DNA of 64,000 nucleotides from Rubrivivax sp. (GTDB lineage: Bacteria > Pseudomonadota > Gammaproteobacteria > Burkholderiales > Burkholderiaceae_C), in assembly GCA_032115875.1 (NCBI GenBank), contig JAUMBF010000092.1, forward strand, positions 6,253-70,252. The letters run 5' to 3'. Numbering within the stretch: position 1 is the stretch's first letter; every line of letters begins with the position of its first letter. This document shows, piece by piece, positions 19,236 to 36,496 of the stretch. The position numbers and the translations under genes were made by a program. The notes beneath the pieces are model-generated. The model ran no database searches, had not been told where the DNA came from, and saw only the letters and a list, made by a program, of their open reading frames with translations.

Positions 19236-20735
19236 TCAGTCGTCACCCTCGCCAGCACCCTCACCGGTCGCCAGGCCATACCGCCGCAGCTTGACGTACA
19301 GGCTCTGCCGAGAAAGGCCCAGGAACTGCGCCGCCAGCGCGCGATTGTTGTGCGTCATCTGCAGCGCTGTCTCGATGCACAGCTGCTCGATGACCTCGGC
19401 GGTCTCGGCGACGATGTCCTTCATCGGCACCCGGCCGACCAGCTCGGTGAGTTCACCGGGCGAACGCGCCAGGGCCGCCACGCCGCGGTCGGTGTTTTCG
19501 ATGCGGCGGCCAATGTCGCGGATCGCGAAGGCCAGCGCCGGCGCGGCCCCGGCGTCGAGCCGGGTCGCCGACACCTCGACTTCATGTGACACCCCGACCT
19601 CCCCTCGCAGCGCCGTGGGGAAAGCGGCCACGACGTCGGCGTTGCGCAGATTGGTGAGCAGCACGTTGAGCTCGACACCGGTGCGGCCGAGCCAACGGTC
19701 GAGCAGCGCACCGCGGGCCGCTTCGGGGCTGGCCAGTTGCGCGAGCGTCGCAAAGGCGGCGTTCGCGCGCAACACACGGCCCTGAGCATCCGTGAAGGCC
19801 AGCGCGTCGGCCGTCTGGCGCTCCCAGGCCTCGAGCAGATGGGTGTGGCCCTGGGCAGTCGCGTGGCCGGCGCTACGGGCCGCGCGCCGCCCGCCTGCAG
19901 GGCCGGCAGCGGCAGGGCGCACGCGCAGCAGCAACTGAGAGGACTGCTGCTGGCGGAACACCGCCAGCGACAGGTCGAACTCGGCGTCCGGCGGCGAAGC
20001 CGAGCCGCTGGACAGGCGCACGCGCGTGCTCTCCGGCGCAGCGTCCACCAACCCGCTGCGGCTGGCCGCCAGCCAGGCCTGAAGCCGGCCCTGCGACGAC
20101 GCATCGAACAGCCCGGGCAGCGCGACCCCGGTCAGCCGGCCTGCCGCGCGGCCGAACAGCGCCTCGGCGGCGGGGTTGGCCTCCAGCACCTTCAGGGACA
20201 AGCTGTCGGCGATCAGCACTGCCTCCGCGGCGGTCTGGAACAAGGTCCGGTAACGGGTCTCGGCTTCGCGAAAGCGCCAGTAATCCCGCTCCATCGCCTG
20301 CTGAGCGTCGACGAGGCGGCGCTGCAACTGGGCCGTGGCGCGAAGGTCGCGGCCCAATGCCAGCAGGGCGGGCTGCTGGTGGCCGGCCGCCTCGTCGCCC
20401 AGCACCAGGGCGGTGTAGCTCACCGGGACGTCATCGCGCCCGGGGACGGCATGGTTCACCTGACGCCAGCGCGCCGGCTGGCCGGCACGCGCGTCCTTGA
20501 TCAGGCTGTCGATCTTGTCGCGCCCCTCGACGGTGACCAGCTCGCGCCAAGGCCGGCCGCGCCACCCCTGGCCGAGCAACTGCGCCAGTTGGGGATCGGG
20601 CACCTGGTGATCCAGCACCACCGCGTCGCGGTCGAGCACCAGAACGATGTCGCTGGCGGTGCCCAGAAGGCGGTTCGCCACGCGAGAGTCGAAATCGCCG
20701 ATCAGGTCCGGCTTGCGGGCCGCCGGCCGCCTCAT
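19236..20735 (-). CDS. ppsR: Transcriptional repressor PpsR/CrtJ
   Basis: Three PAS regions, QQAMERDY Q-linker, C-terminal IEQLCIETAL...LGLSRQSLYVKLRRY HTH with redox Cys. Confidence 0.95.
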   Translation of the reverse strand: MRRPAARKPDLIGDFDSRVANRLLGTASDIVLVLDRDAVVLDHQVPDPQLAQLLGQGWRGRPWRELVTVEGRDKIDSLIKDARAGQPARWRQVNHAVPGRDDVPVSYTALVLGDEAAGHQQPALLALGRDLRATAQLQRRLVDAQQAMERDYWRFREAETRYRTLFQTAAEAVLIADSLSLKVLEANPAAEALFGRAAGRLTGVALPGLFDASSQGRLQAWLAASRSGLVDAAPESTRVRLSSGSASPPDAEFDLSLAVFRQQQSSQLLLRVRPAAAGPAGGRRAARSAGHATAQGHTHLLEAWERQTADALAFTDAQGRVLRANAAFATLAQLASPEAARGALLDRWLGRTGVELNVLLTNLRNADVVAAFPTALRGEVGVSHEVEVSATRLDAGAAPALAFAIRDIGRRIENTDRGVAALARSPGELTELVGRVPMKDIVAETAEVIEQLCIETALQMTHNNRALAAQFLGLSRQSLYVKLRRYGLATGEGAGEGDD

Positions 20736-20804
20736 GGGAGGTCTTTCGGTTGCTGACGGCGGTTCTGGGCCCGAATCAAGGTGGTCGTCTCCCGGGTTTT
20801 CGGA

Positions 20805-21710
20805 TCAGGTCACGCGTGCAGCCCCGGACTGCTCCTGCACACGTTGGGTCACCAGCGCCTCGGCCACGCTGGGGGCGTTGCGACCGTCGGTGGTGGCGTC
20901 GGCGCCGACCTCACCCGCCCATTCAGGATGGATCGAGAACAAGGGGCCACCGACCAGCACCACCAGCGACGGGTTGCGCGACGCCAGGCGAACGGCCGCG
21001 ATGGTATCGCGCAGCCACGGCAGGCCGGTCTCGCTGCCCACGGAAAAACCCACGGCGTCGAACCAGTCGCGTCTCACCCACGCCACGGCCTCGACCCCGA
21101 CCCCGGCAACACCACCGAGGACGTCCCAGCCTTCGCGGCGAAAGAACTCGGCGACCATCGACAGGCCGAACATGTGCTGTTCGCTCTCGGGCTGCGTAAG
21201 CAGGACGCGGCGGCCGTGAAAGGGGTGCTCGACCTCGCGGCCGAAGTCGGGGCTGAGCTGGCGCATCAGGCGCTGCAGACGGCCCAGGCTGACGGTGGCC
21301 GTGGCGAAGTCGACACGGTCCTGCTCCCAGAGAAGCCCGAGCTCTCGGGCCGCCGGTGCCAGCAGGTCGACGTAGATCGCCGCCACGGACACGCCCCGCT
21401 GGCGCAGGGCCTGGATCACGTGGTCGGTTCGTTCGTCGTCTTCGGCGATGAGCGCGTCGACGAAGGCCTGGATCTCCCTCGGAGCCGGACCGGGACCGTC
21501 GGAGCCGGGGGCCTCGCGGTGCTGCCGCACCAGGCGCGGAATGACGTCAGTCTCCAGCGTGCGGGTCAGGCGCGACACGCGCAGGCGGACGGCGTTCAAG
21601 TCGGCATCCACCCGCGCGGGCTGCGGATCGGGGGTTGCGGGAGGCCAGACGCTTGAACTGGGCGTGCAAGGCTCAGGCTGGAGGGGCTTCGGGGACGGGC
21701 TGGGCCGCAT
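20805..21710 (-). CDS. ppaA: Cobalamin-binding regulator PpaA/AerR
   Basis: VIPRL, LAPAARELGLLWEQD, EQHMFG B12-binding motif, VGGP; GAGGAGG RBS; immediately upstream of ppsR. Confidence 0.9.
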   Translation of the reverse strand: MRPSPSPKPLQPEPCTPSSSVWPPATPDPQPARVDADLNAVRLRVSRLTRTLETDVIPRLVRQHREAPGSDGPGPAPREIQAFVDALIAEDDERTDHVIQALRQRGVSVAAIYVDLLAPAARELGLLWEQDRVDFATATVSLGRLQRLMRQLSPDFGREVEHPFHGRRVLLTQPESEQHMFGLSMVAEFFRREGWDVLGGVAGVGVEAVAWVRRDWFDAVGFSVGSETGLPWLRDTIAAVRLASRNPSLVVLVGGPLFSIHPEWAGEVGADATTDGRNAPSVAEALVTQRVQEQSGAARVT

Positions 21711-21877
21711 GCTGGGTACCTCCTCACCGCCGCCGCGGCCGCTCCGGGGAGCGACCGCTGCAGGTCCTGCCAGGGTCCGCCGGCCCTCCCCGACCCAGCA
21801 CCGCCAGGCGGGGCCTTGGTCGGCCCGGAATCCCCGGCCCGGATCCGCTTTGCCGGCCGAGCACTGCAACAGACTGC

Positions 21878-21906
21878 CTTGTACACCGGGGCGACGGTGT
21901 GGTCAA
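21878..21906 (-). promoter_or_regulatory. Putative sigma70 promoter for ppaA-ppsR
   Basis: Minus strand TTGACC-17 bp-TACAAG about 170 nt upstream of the ppaA ATG. Confidence 0.45.
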
Positions 21907-22077
21907 AAGGGCCAGACCCACCCGCCGGGGGCACGGCTTGTCCGGTCACGCTCATCCTGATCCTCGTCTTCGGCTCGCGCGCGGCCATCCTGCGGTGGCT
22001 GCGCTTGGGCGCCATGGTGAAGGCCCCGCCGCCGGGACCGCAACGGCGGGACTGGCCGAATGATCCGCCACCCAGCA

Positions 22078-22111
22078 TGTCAATGTCAGTTTACGTCTAT
22101 CTCGATTGACA
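22078..22111. promoter_or_regulatory. Two inverted PpsR-type boxes upstream of bchF
   Basis: TGTCAATGTCAGTTTACG (22078-22095) and CGTCTATCTCGATTGACA (22094-22111). Confidence 0.7.
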
Positions 22112-22192
22112 TTCCTGCCTCCAGCCCCTAGGCTGCCCACATCCCCGACATGCGGGACTGCCACGGGACCCACCCCCGCAACCGAGCCGACG

Positions 22193-24006
<1,814 letters not shown>

Positions 24007-24010
24007 CACC

Positions 24011-25633
24011 ATGCAACTCACGCTCTGGACCTACGAAGGCCCGCCGCACGTGGGCGCCATGCGCGTGGCCACGGCCCTGACCGACGTGCACTACGTGTTG
24101 CACGCGCCGCAGGGCGACACCTATGCGGACCTGCTGTTCACCATGATCGAGCGGCGCGACCGCCGCCCGCCCGTCACCTACACCACCTTCCAGGCGCGCG
24201 ACCTCGGCGGCGACACCGCCGAGCTGTTCAAGACCGCCACGCGCGAGGCCTACGAGCGCTTCCAGCCCAAGGCCCTGCTGGTGGGCGCGAGCTGCACGGC
24301 CGAGCTGATCCAGGACGACCCCGGCGGCCTGGCCCAGGGCCTGAAGCTGCCCATCCCCGTGGTGCCGCTGGAGCTGCCCGCCTACCAGCGCAAAGAGAAC
24401 TGGGGCGCCTCCGAGACCCTGTACCAGCTGGTGCGCGCCCTGGCGCCGCGCCGCGAGGCTGTGCCACGCCGGCCACAGCGCGAGCGCAAGTGCTGCAACC
24501 TGCTCGGCCCCACGGCGCTGGGCTTCCGCCATCGCGACGACGTCGCCGAGGTGACGAAGCTGCTGGGCCAGATCGGCGTCGACGTGCACGTGGTGGCGCC
24601 GCTGGAGGCCTCCGCCGCCGACATCGCCCGGCTGCACGAGGCCGACTTCAACGTCGTGCTTTACCCCGAGATCGCCGGTCAGGCCGCCAGCTACCTGCTG
24701 CGCGCCTTCGGCCAAGCCTTCACCAAGACCGTGCCCATCGGCGTGGGCGCGACGCGCCAATTCATCGCCGAGGTCGCGGGGCTTGCCGGCATCGACGCCA
24801 CGGCGCTGCTGGCCGAGGCCGGCTCGCGCGCCAGCTGGTACTCGCGCTCGGTCGACAGCACCTACCTCACTGGCAAGCGTGTGTTCGTGTTTGGCGACGC
24901 GACGCACGCCATCGCCGCCGCGCGCGTGGCGGCCGAGGAACTGGGCTTCGAGGTCGTGGGGCTGGGCACCTACAGCCGCGAGTTCGCGCGCGACGTGCGC
25001 GAGGCCGCCGCAAGGTACGGCGTGGAGCCGCTGATCAGCGACGACTACCTCGAGGTCGAGCAGAAGATCGCCGAGGCGCAGCCCGAGCTGGTGCTGGGCA
25101 CGCAGATGGAGCGCCACATCGCCAAGCGGCTGAAGCTGCCCTGCGCGGTGATCAGCGCGCCGGTGCACGTGCAGGACTTCCCGGCGCGCTACTCGCCGCA
25201 GATGGGCTTCGAGGGCGCCGCGGTGCTGTTCGACACCTGGGTGCACCCGTTGATGATGGGCCTGGAGGAACACCTTCTGACGATGTTCCGCGAGGACTTC
25301 GAGTTCCACGAGGGTGCCGCCGCCTCGCATTTGTCACACGCTGGCGCGCCGCGGGAACCGCTCGAGGCCGTGCCCGTGACCAGCCAGGCACCGGTGGTCG
25401 AGCCCGCGCCATCGCCCGCCGCCAACGAGCCCGTGCCGGTGGAGGCCGCCGTGCCCGTGGCGGCGCAGGCCGGCGCCACCTGGGCACCCGACGCGCAGCA
25501 GGAGTTGCAGAAGGTGCCGTTTTTCGTGCGTGGTAAGGCACGCCGCAACACCGAGCGCTTCGCTGTGGAGCGAGGTCTGGCCCTGATCACCGTCGAGACG
25601 CTGTACGACGCCAAGGCCCACTTTGGACGCTGA
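24011..25633 (+). CDS. bchB: Dark-operative protochlorophyllide reductase subunit B
   Basis: [31 protein letters not shown]-terminal [13 protein letters not shown] domain. Confidence 0.97.
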   Translation: MQLTLWTYEGPPHVGAMRVATALTDVHYVLHAPQGDTYADLLFTMIERRDRRPPVTYTTFQARDLGGDTAELFKTATREAYERFQPKALLVGASCTAELIQDDPGGLAQGLKLPIPVVPLELPAYQRKENWGASETLYQLVRALAPRREAVPRRPQRERKCCNLLGPTALGFRHRDDVAEVTKLLGQIGVDVHVVAPLEASAADIARLHEADFNVVLYPEIAGQAASYLLRAFGQAFTKTVPIGVGATRQFIAEVAGLAGIDATALLAEAGSRASWYSRSVDSTYLTGKRVFVFGDATHAIAAARVAAEELGFEVVGLGTYSREFARDVREAAARYGVEPLISDDYLEVEQKIAEAQPELVLGTQMERHIAKRLKLPCAVISAPVHVQDFPARYSPQMGFEGAAVLFDTWVHPLMMGLEEHLLTMFREDFEFHEGAAASHLSHAGAPREPLEAVPVTSQAPVVEPAPSPAANEPVPVEAAVPVAAQAGATWAPDAQQELQKVPFFVRGKARRNTERFAVERGLALITVETLYDAKAHFGR

Positions 25634-25658
25634 TCAGACGCATCAACTGAAGCATCAC

Positions 25659-31157
<5,499 letters not shown>

Positions 31158-31159
31158 GC

Positions 31160-32635
31160 ATGGACCTCGGCCGCGTCGCCCTGGGCCTGATCCGCCGCCG
31201 CGGCCGCGTCGACTGGCGTGTCGTGGCCACGCGCTACCTGCCGTTCGCCGACGTCGCCACGGCCGAGCTGCCGCTCGTGCAGCTGGTGCGGCTGGCGCTG
31301 TTCCAGGTGAGCGTGGGCATGGTCACCGTGCTCACTGTGGGTACGCTCAACCGCGTGATGATCGTCGAGCTGGGCGTCGGCGCCTGGCTGGTGAGCCTGA
31401 TGGTGGCCCTGCCGCTGCTGTTCGCGCCCTTCCGCGCACTGGTGGGCTTCAAGTCCGACCAGCACCGCAGCGCGCTGGGCTGGCGCCGCATCCCTTACGT
31501 GTGGTTCGGAAGCGGCGCGCTGTTCGCGGGGCTGGCCATCATGCCCTTCGCGCTGGTGCTGCTGACGGGCCAGACCACCGTGCAGCTGGTGGCCGGCCAC
31601 GTGGCGGCCTCGCTCGCCTTCTTGCTGGCCGGCGCAGGCGCGCAGACGGTGCAGACCGCCGGCCTGGCGCTGGCCACTGACCGCGCCACCGAGGCCACGC
31701 GCCCGCGCGTGGTAGCGCTGATGTACGTGATGCTGTTGCTGGGCATGGTCGGCAGCGGCGCCGTGTTCGGGCTGCTGCTGGCCGACTACACGCACACGCG
31801 CCTGGTGCAGGTGGTGCAGGGCACGGCCGTCGTGTGCCTGGCGCTCAACGCCGTCGCCGTGTGGAAGCAGGAGGCCCGCGACCGCGACCGCGCGAAGGCG
31901 CCACCCGAGGCCACGCCCTTCTCGCAGAGCTGGGCGCAGTTCGCGCGACACGGCAGGGTCGCCCGCTTCCTGCTCGCCGTGGGGCTGGGCACGGCGGCCT
32001 TCAACATGCAGGACATCATCCTCGAGCCCTACGGCGGCGAGGTGCTGGGCCTGAGCGTGGGCCAGACCACGGGGCTGACGGCCATCATGGCCGCCGGGGC
32101 CTTGTGCGCGTTCGGCTGGGCGGCGCGGCGGCTGCTGCGCGGCAGCTGTCCGCGAAGAATGGCGGCGCACGGCCTGCTCGTGGGCCTTGTGGCGTTCTCG
32201 CTTGTGGTGTTCTCAGAGCCGCTGGAGTCGCCCCTGATCTTCCGCGCCGGGGTGGCCCTGATCGGTTTCGGCGGTGGCCTGTTCTCGGTGGGCACGCTCA
32301 GCGCGGCCATGTCGATGGACAGCGGCGGCCTGCACGGCATGGTGCTCGGTGCCTGGGGCGGCGTGGTCGCCACCGCCGCCGGGCTGAGCGTGGCCCTGGG
32401 CGGTGCGCTGCGCGACGCCGTGGGCCACCTTGCGATGAGCGGCTCGCTCGGCGAGGCGCTTGCGATGCCGGCGACCGGCTACGCCTTCGTCTACCACCTC
32501 GAACTCGCGCTGCTGTTGGCGACGCTGGCCGTGCTCGGCCCGCTCGTGACACGGCGGCGCACCCCCACCCCGCCCTCACCCGAGGCCAGTGGCGCCGAGC
32601 CGCGCCGCTTCGGGCTGGCGGACTTCCCGGGTTGA
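31160..32635 (+). CDS. lhaA: LH1 assembly protein LhaA (PucC family)
   Basis: LPFADVAT, LFQVSVGM, SALGWRRIPY, MQDIILEPYGG; between bchM and puhA. Confidence 0.9.
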   Translation: MDLGRVALGLIRRRGRVDWRVVATRYLPFADVATAELPLVQLVRLALFQVSVGMVTVLTVGTLNRVMIVELGVGAWLVSLMVALPLLFAPFRALVGFKSDQHRSALGWRRIPYVWFGSGALFAGLAIMPFALVLLTGQTTVQLVAGHVAASLAFLLAGAGAQTVQTAGLALATDRATEATRPRVVALMYVMLLLGMVGSGAVFGLLLADYTHTRLVQVVQGTAVVCLALNAVAVWKQEARDRDRAKAPPEATPFSQSWAQFARHGRVARFLLAVGLGTAAFNMQDIILEPYGGEVLGLSVGQTTGLTAIMAAGALCAFGWAARRLLRGSCPRRMAAHGLLVGLVAFSLVVFSEPLESPLIFRAGVALIGFGGGLFSVGTLSAAMSMDSGGLHGMVLGAWGGVVATAAGLSVALGGALRDAVGHLAMSGSLGEALAMPATGYAFVYHLELALLLATLAVLGPLVTRRRTPTPPSPEASGAEPRRFGLADFPG

Positions 32636-32693
32636 GCAGTCCCGACACCCGCCCACCAGGCCTCAACGCACGCCAACCCTCCTAGGAGCCACC

Positions 32694-33452
32694 ATGGGAA
32701 CCGGAGCCATCACAGGTTACGTCGACGTCGCACAGCTTGTGCTGTACGTCTTCTGGATCTTCTTCGCCGGCCTGATCTACTACCTCGCGCGCGAGAACCG
32801 CCGCGAGGGCTATCCGCTGGAAACGCACCGCGGCACCACACACCAGGGCTGGATCGGCGTGCCTGTGCCCAAGACCTACCGGCTGCACGACGGCTCCGAG
32901 ATCCAGGTGCCCTCGGGCTCGGCCGGTGCGCAACACGTCAACGCCGAGCGCACCTACGACAACGAGGGCTCCCCCCTCGACCCGATCGGCAACCCGCTGC
33001 TGGCCGGCCTGGGCAGTGGCGCCTGGGCTGCGCGCGCCGACCGGCCGGATCTCGACGCGCACAACCAGCCCAAGATCCGCCCGCTGGCGATGTTTCCCGA
33101 AATGAGCGTCAGCGAGAACGATCCCGATCCGCGCGGCATGCAGGTGCTCGACCCCTACGGCGAGAGCGCCGGCACGGTTCGCGAGCTGTGGGTCGACGCA
33201 CCCGAGATGATGTTCCGCTTCCTCGAAGTGGAGCTCGCCGACGGCAGCCGCCATGCGCTGGTTCCGATGACCTTCTGCCGCATCACGCGCGAAGCTGTCT
33301 ACGTGCATGCACTGTTGGCGCACCAGTGGGCTGAGGTGCCGGCCACCCGATCGGCCGACAGCATCACGCTGCTCGAGGAAGAGAAGATCGCCGCCTACTT
33401 CGGCGCCGGCCTGCTGTTCGCCGAGCCCAAGCGCACGGAGCCGCTGGTATGA
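32694..33452 (+). CDS. puhA: Reaction centre H subunit
   Basis: MGTGAITGYVDVAQLVLYVFW, ENRREGYPL, DPDPRG, ITLLEEEKI; AGGAG RBS. Confidence 0.97.
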   Translation: MGTGAITGYVDVAQLVLYVFWIFFAGLIYYLARENRREGYPLETHRGTTHQGWIGVPVPKTYRLHDGSEIQVPSGSAGAQHVNAERTYDNEGSPLDPIGNPLLAGLGSGAWAARADRPDLDAHNQPKIRPLAMFPEMSVSENDPDPRGMQVLDPYGESAGTVRELWVDAPEMMFRFLEVELADGSRHALVPMTFCRITREAVYVHALLAHQWAEVPATRSADSITLLEEEKIAAYFGAGLLFAEPKRTEPLV

Positions 33453-34144
33453 AGCCCGTGGCAGCCGCGTTCGCGAAGGCTCCGCACCGGGGCCAGGAGC
33501 ACGAGTTCGAGCCGCAGTTCGGGCTTCCTGAACGACTGCCTGCCAGCGAGCGGCTGCTGTGGCAGGGCCAGCCCCTGCCGGGCATCGTGGCCCGGCGGGT
33601 CTTCCACCTGCCGCTGGTCACCGTCTACTTCGCCGTGATGCTGGCCTGGAGCATCGGCGCGCAGTTGCAAGATGGCGTCACGCTGTTGGCGGCGCTGCGC
33701 GGCTCGCTGGTGCTGGGCTTGCTCGCGGCCGTGGCGATCGGCATCCTGGCCGCCCTGGCACGGCTGACGGCCAGCACCACGGTCTACACGCTGACCGACC
33801 AGCGTGTCGTGATGCGCATCGGCATTGTCTTGACCGTGACCTACAACCTCCCGCTGAAGCACCTCGACGCAGCCCACTTGCTGCCCTTGTCGGGCACGCA
33901 GGGCGAGATCGCGCTGCAGTTGCGCGGCGACACGCGCATCGCCTACCTGCACCTGTGGCCGCATGCACGGCCGGGGCTGTTCGCCCGGCCGCAGCCCATG
34001 CTGCGGGGCCTGGGCGACGCGCAGGCGGTGTCCCGGCTGCTGTCCGACGCCTGGGCTGCGGTCAACGCCCAGGCGGCGCGACCCGAGGCGGCGGTGCACA
34101 CACCGGCATCGATCGAGCTGCAGCCCCAGGGGAACGCGGCATGA
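33449..34144 (+). CDS. puhB: Photosynthetic complex assembly protein PuhB
   Basis: EHEFEP, GLPERLP, YTLTDQRVVMRIG, LWPHARP. Confidence 0.93.
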   Translation: MKPVAAAFAKAPHRGQEHEFEPQFGLPERLPASERLLWQGQPLPGIVARRVFHLPLVTVYFAVMLAWSIGAQLQDGVTLLAALRGSLVLGLLAAVAIGILAALARLTASTTVYTLTDQRVVMRIGIVLTVTYNLPLKHLDAAHLLPLSGTQGEIALQLRGDTRIAYLHLWPHARPGLFARPQPMLRGLGDAQAVSRLLSDAWAAVNAQAARPEAAVHTPASIELQPQGNAA

Positions 34145-34629
34145 GGGCCGTCCACAGCGTGCACACCCAGTCGGATCGCATCCCGCGCTGGTTGGTGCGT
34201 GTCATCGCCGTGATGCTGCTGTTGGTGCTGGGCGGCGTCGGCGTGTTGCGCCTCTCGGGCTTCAGCCCAACGGTGCACCCGCCCGCTGCGCTGGCCCAAC
34301 GCGCCCTGGCCTTCGCCGACACCCCCGATGGTGCCGTGCGCGTGAGCGACGCGTCCACCGGCGAGGTGCTGGCCGAGCTGCGCGGCGAGCAGGGCTTCCT
34401 GCGCGGCGTGCTGCGTGGCCTGGCGCGCGACCGGCGCGCACACAGCGTGGGCCAGGCCCCGCCCTACCTGCTGTCGCTGCACGCCGACGGCCGGCTGCTG
34501 ATCACCGATCCCGAGACCGGCCGCCGCATCGACCTCGCGTCGTTCGGCCCCGACAACGCGGCTGTGTTCGCGCGCTGGCTGCCCGCCGGTGCGCTCCGGT
34601 CACTGAAGACCACGCCCCAGGAGAAGTAA
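34141..34629 (+). CDS. puhC: Photosynthetic complex assembly protein PuhC
   Basis: Single TM, GFLRGVLRGLARDR, DPETGRRIDLASFGPDN. Confidence 0.93.
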   Translation: MRAVHSVHTQSDRIPRWLVRVIAVMLLLVLGGVGVLRLSGFSPTVHPPAALAQRALAFADTPDGAVRVSDASTGEVLAELRGEQGFLRGVLRGLARDRRAHSVGQAPPYLLSLHADGRLLITDPETGRRIDLASFGPDNAAVFARWLPAGALRSLKTTPQEK

Positions 34630-34632
34630 GTC

Positions 34633-35697
34633 ATGAGCACGATCCAAGCCGTCGCCAGCACCGACGAGGTGATGCAGCGCGCCAAGACCGAGAACCTGAT
34701 CTCGCCGCGCTTCTACACCACCGACTACGCGGCCATGGACAAGCTCGACGTCAGCGCGCTGCGCGCCGATTGGAACGCCATGCTTGCCGAGTACGAGGGC
34801 GACAACAACCACGATCACTTCAAGCGCGACGAGGCCTTTGCGTCCGAGGTCAAGCCGCTGCCGCCCGAACTGCACCAGGAGTTCATGGACTTTCTGATCA
34901 CCAGCATCACCAGCGAGTTCAGCGGCTGCGTGCTCTACAACGAGATCCGCAAGAAGGTCGAGAACCCCGACATCAAGCAGTTGATGACCTACCTGACGCG
35001 CGACGAGTCACGCCACGCGAACTTCATCAACTACTCGCTTCGCGACTACGACCTGGCCGTCGACCTGCAGGCGCTCAAGGCCAGCAAGGCCTACACCTAC
35101 TTCAAGCCCAAGTACATCTTCTACGCCACCTACCTGAGCGAGAAGATCGGCTACGCGCGCTACATCACCATCTACCGCCAACTGGAGAAGCACCCCGAGC
35201 TGCGCTTCCATCCCATCTTCCGCTGGTTCGAGCGCTGGTGCAACGACGAGTTCCGCCACGGCGAGAGTTTCGCCCTGATCATGCGCGCCAACCCGCAGCT
35301 GCTGCAAGGCGGCAACGTGCTGTGGATCCGCTTCTTCCTGCTGGCGGTGTACGCCACGATGTTCGTGCGCGACCACACGCGCCCGGTGCTGCACCGCGCG
35401 ATGGGCCTGGAGCCCGACGACTTCGACTACCGGGTCTTCGACATCACCACCGAAATCAGCAAGCAGGTATTCCCGGTGTCGCTGGACACCGACGCACCGG
35501 CCTTCCGCCGCGGGCTGGCGGCGCTGGTGGAGGCGCGCATGGCCTTCGACGCCGGCGCGGCGCGCGGCGGTGTCGGCGGCCGCCTGCAGCAGGCCGGTGC
35601 GGCGCTGAAGGGCGCGTGGCACTTCGCGAAGCTGTACCTGTACCCGGTCAAGCAGCACGCGCTGCCGGCGCAGATCCGCGTTGCACCGGTGTGGTGA
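34633..35697 (+). CDS. acsF: O2-dependent Mg-protoporphyrin monomethyl ester cyclase
   Basis: [43 protein letters not shown] di-iron motifs. Confidence 0.97.
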   Translation: MSTIQAVASTDEVMQRAKTENLISPRFYTTDYAAMDKLDVSALRADWNAMLAEYEGDNNHDHFKRDEAFASEVKPLPPELHQEFMDFLITSITSEFSGCVLYNEIRKKVENPDIKQLMTYLTRDESRHANFINYSLRDYDLAVDLQALKASKAYTYFKPKYIFYATYLSEKIGYARYITIYRQLEKHPELRFHPIFRWFERWCNDEFRHGESFALIMRANPQLLQGGNVLWIRFFLLAVYATMFVRDHTRPVLHRAMGLEPDDFDYRVFDITTEISKQVFPVSLDTDAPAFRRGLAALVEARMAFDAGAARGGVGGRLQQAGAALKGAWHFAKLYLYPVKQHALPAQIRVAPVW

Positions 35698-35722
35698 GGC
35701 CCGAGCGGACGCGCCCGTGATC

Positions 35723-36496
35723 ATGGAGTACGCCCTGCCCCCGATCGCCGCCGTGCTCCTGTGGTGGCTGGGGACGGGCGTTGTGATCCTGCTCGACCGC
35801 ATGCCGGCCTCATGTGGCGGACGCAAGACCGTGGCCTTCGTGGCGGCCACGAGCTGTGCCATCGCAGCACTCGTGTGCATCGCCCAGACCGCGCACGACC
35901 GCAGCGTGGGCGCGGCTTACGCGGGCTTCACCTGCGCAGTGCTGGTGTGGGGCTGGCATGAGCTGGCGTTCCTCAGGGGCTGGCTCACCGGACCGCGGCG
36001 CGTGGCAGCCACGCCGGACGCGCGCGGGCTGGCCCGCTTCGGGCAGGCGCTGCAGGTGTTGCTGTGGCACGAGCTGGCGCTGCTGGCCACCGCCGTGACG
36101 ATGTGGCTTTGGCTGGGCACCAGCGCAAACCCGACGGCGGCCTGGACCTTTTCGCTGCTGTACGCCATGCGCGTGTCGGCCAAGATGAATCTGTATCTGG
36201 GCGTGCGCAATCTCGCACTGGACTTCCTGCCGCCGCGCCTGGTGTACCTGGGCAGCTATTTCCGCCAACGCGCCTTCAATGCGCTGATGCCCTGGTCGTT
36301 GCTGGCCGGTGGCGTGGTGACGGGCTGGCTGGTCGTCGGCGCCCAGGCCACCACCGGCGGCACGCAGGCCGCACATCTGCTGCTCGCGTCGCTGCTGACG
36401 CTGGCACTCGTCGAACACCTGATGATGGTGCTGCCGCTGGAACCTTCCGCCCTTTGGCGCTGGGCCCTGCGCCGGCCCGTGGAGGCCAGACCATGA
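35723..36496 (+). CDS. puhE: Photosynthetic complex assembly protein PuhE
   Basis: LWWLGTG, WGWHE, LWHE, SAKMNLYLGV, LVEH; follows acsF. Confidence 0.92.
   Translation: MEYALPPIAAVLLWWLGTGVVILLDRMPASCGGRKTVAFVAATSCAIAALVCIAQTAHDRSVGAAYAGFTCAVLVWGWHELAFLRGWLTGPRRVAATPDARGLARFGQALQVLLWHELALLATAVTMWLWLGTSANPTAAWTFSLLYAMRVSAKMNLYLGVRNLALDFLPPRLVYLGSYFRQRAFNALMPWSLLAGGVVTGWLVVGAQATTGGTQAAHLLLASLLTLALVEHLMMVLPLEPSALWRWALRRPVEARP

Noticed and set aside
21711-21880. Cobalamin riboswitch upstream of ppaA
   Set aside because: The conserved GGGAA, GCCACTG and B12-box elements could not be located in order; an Rfam scan is needed.
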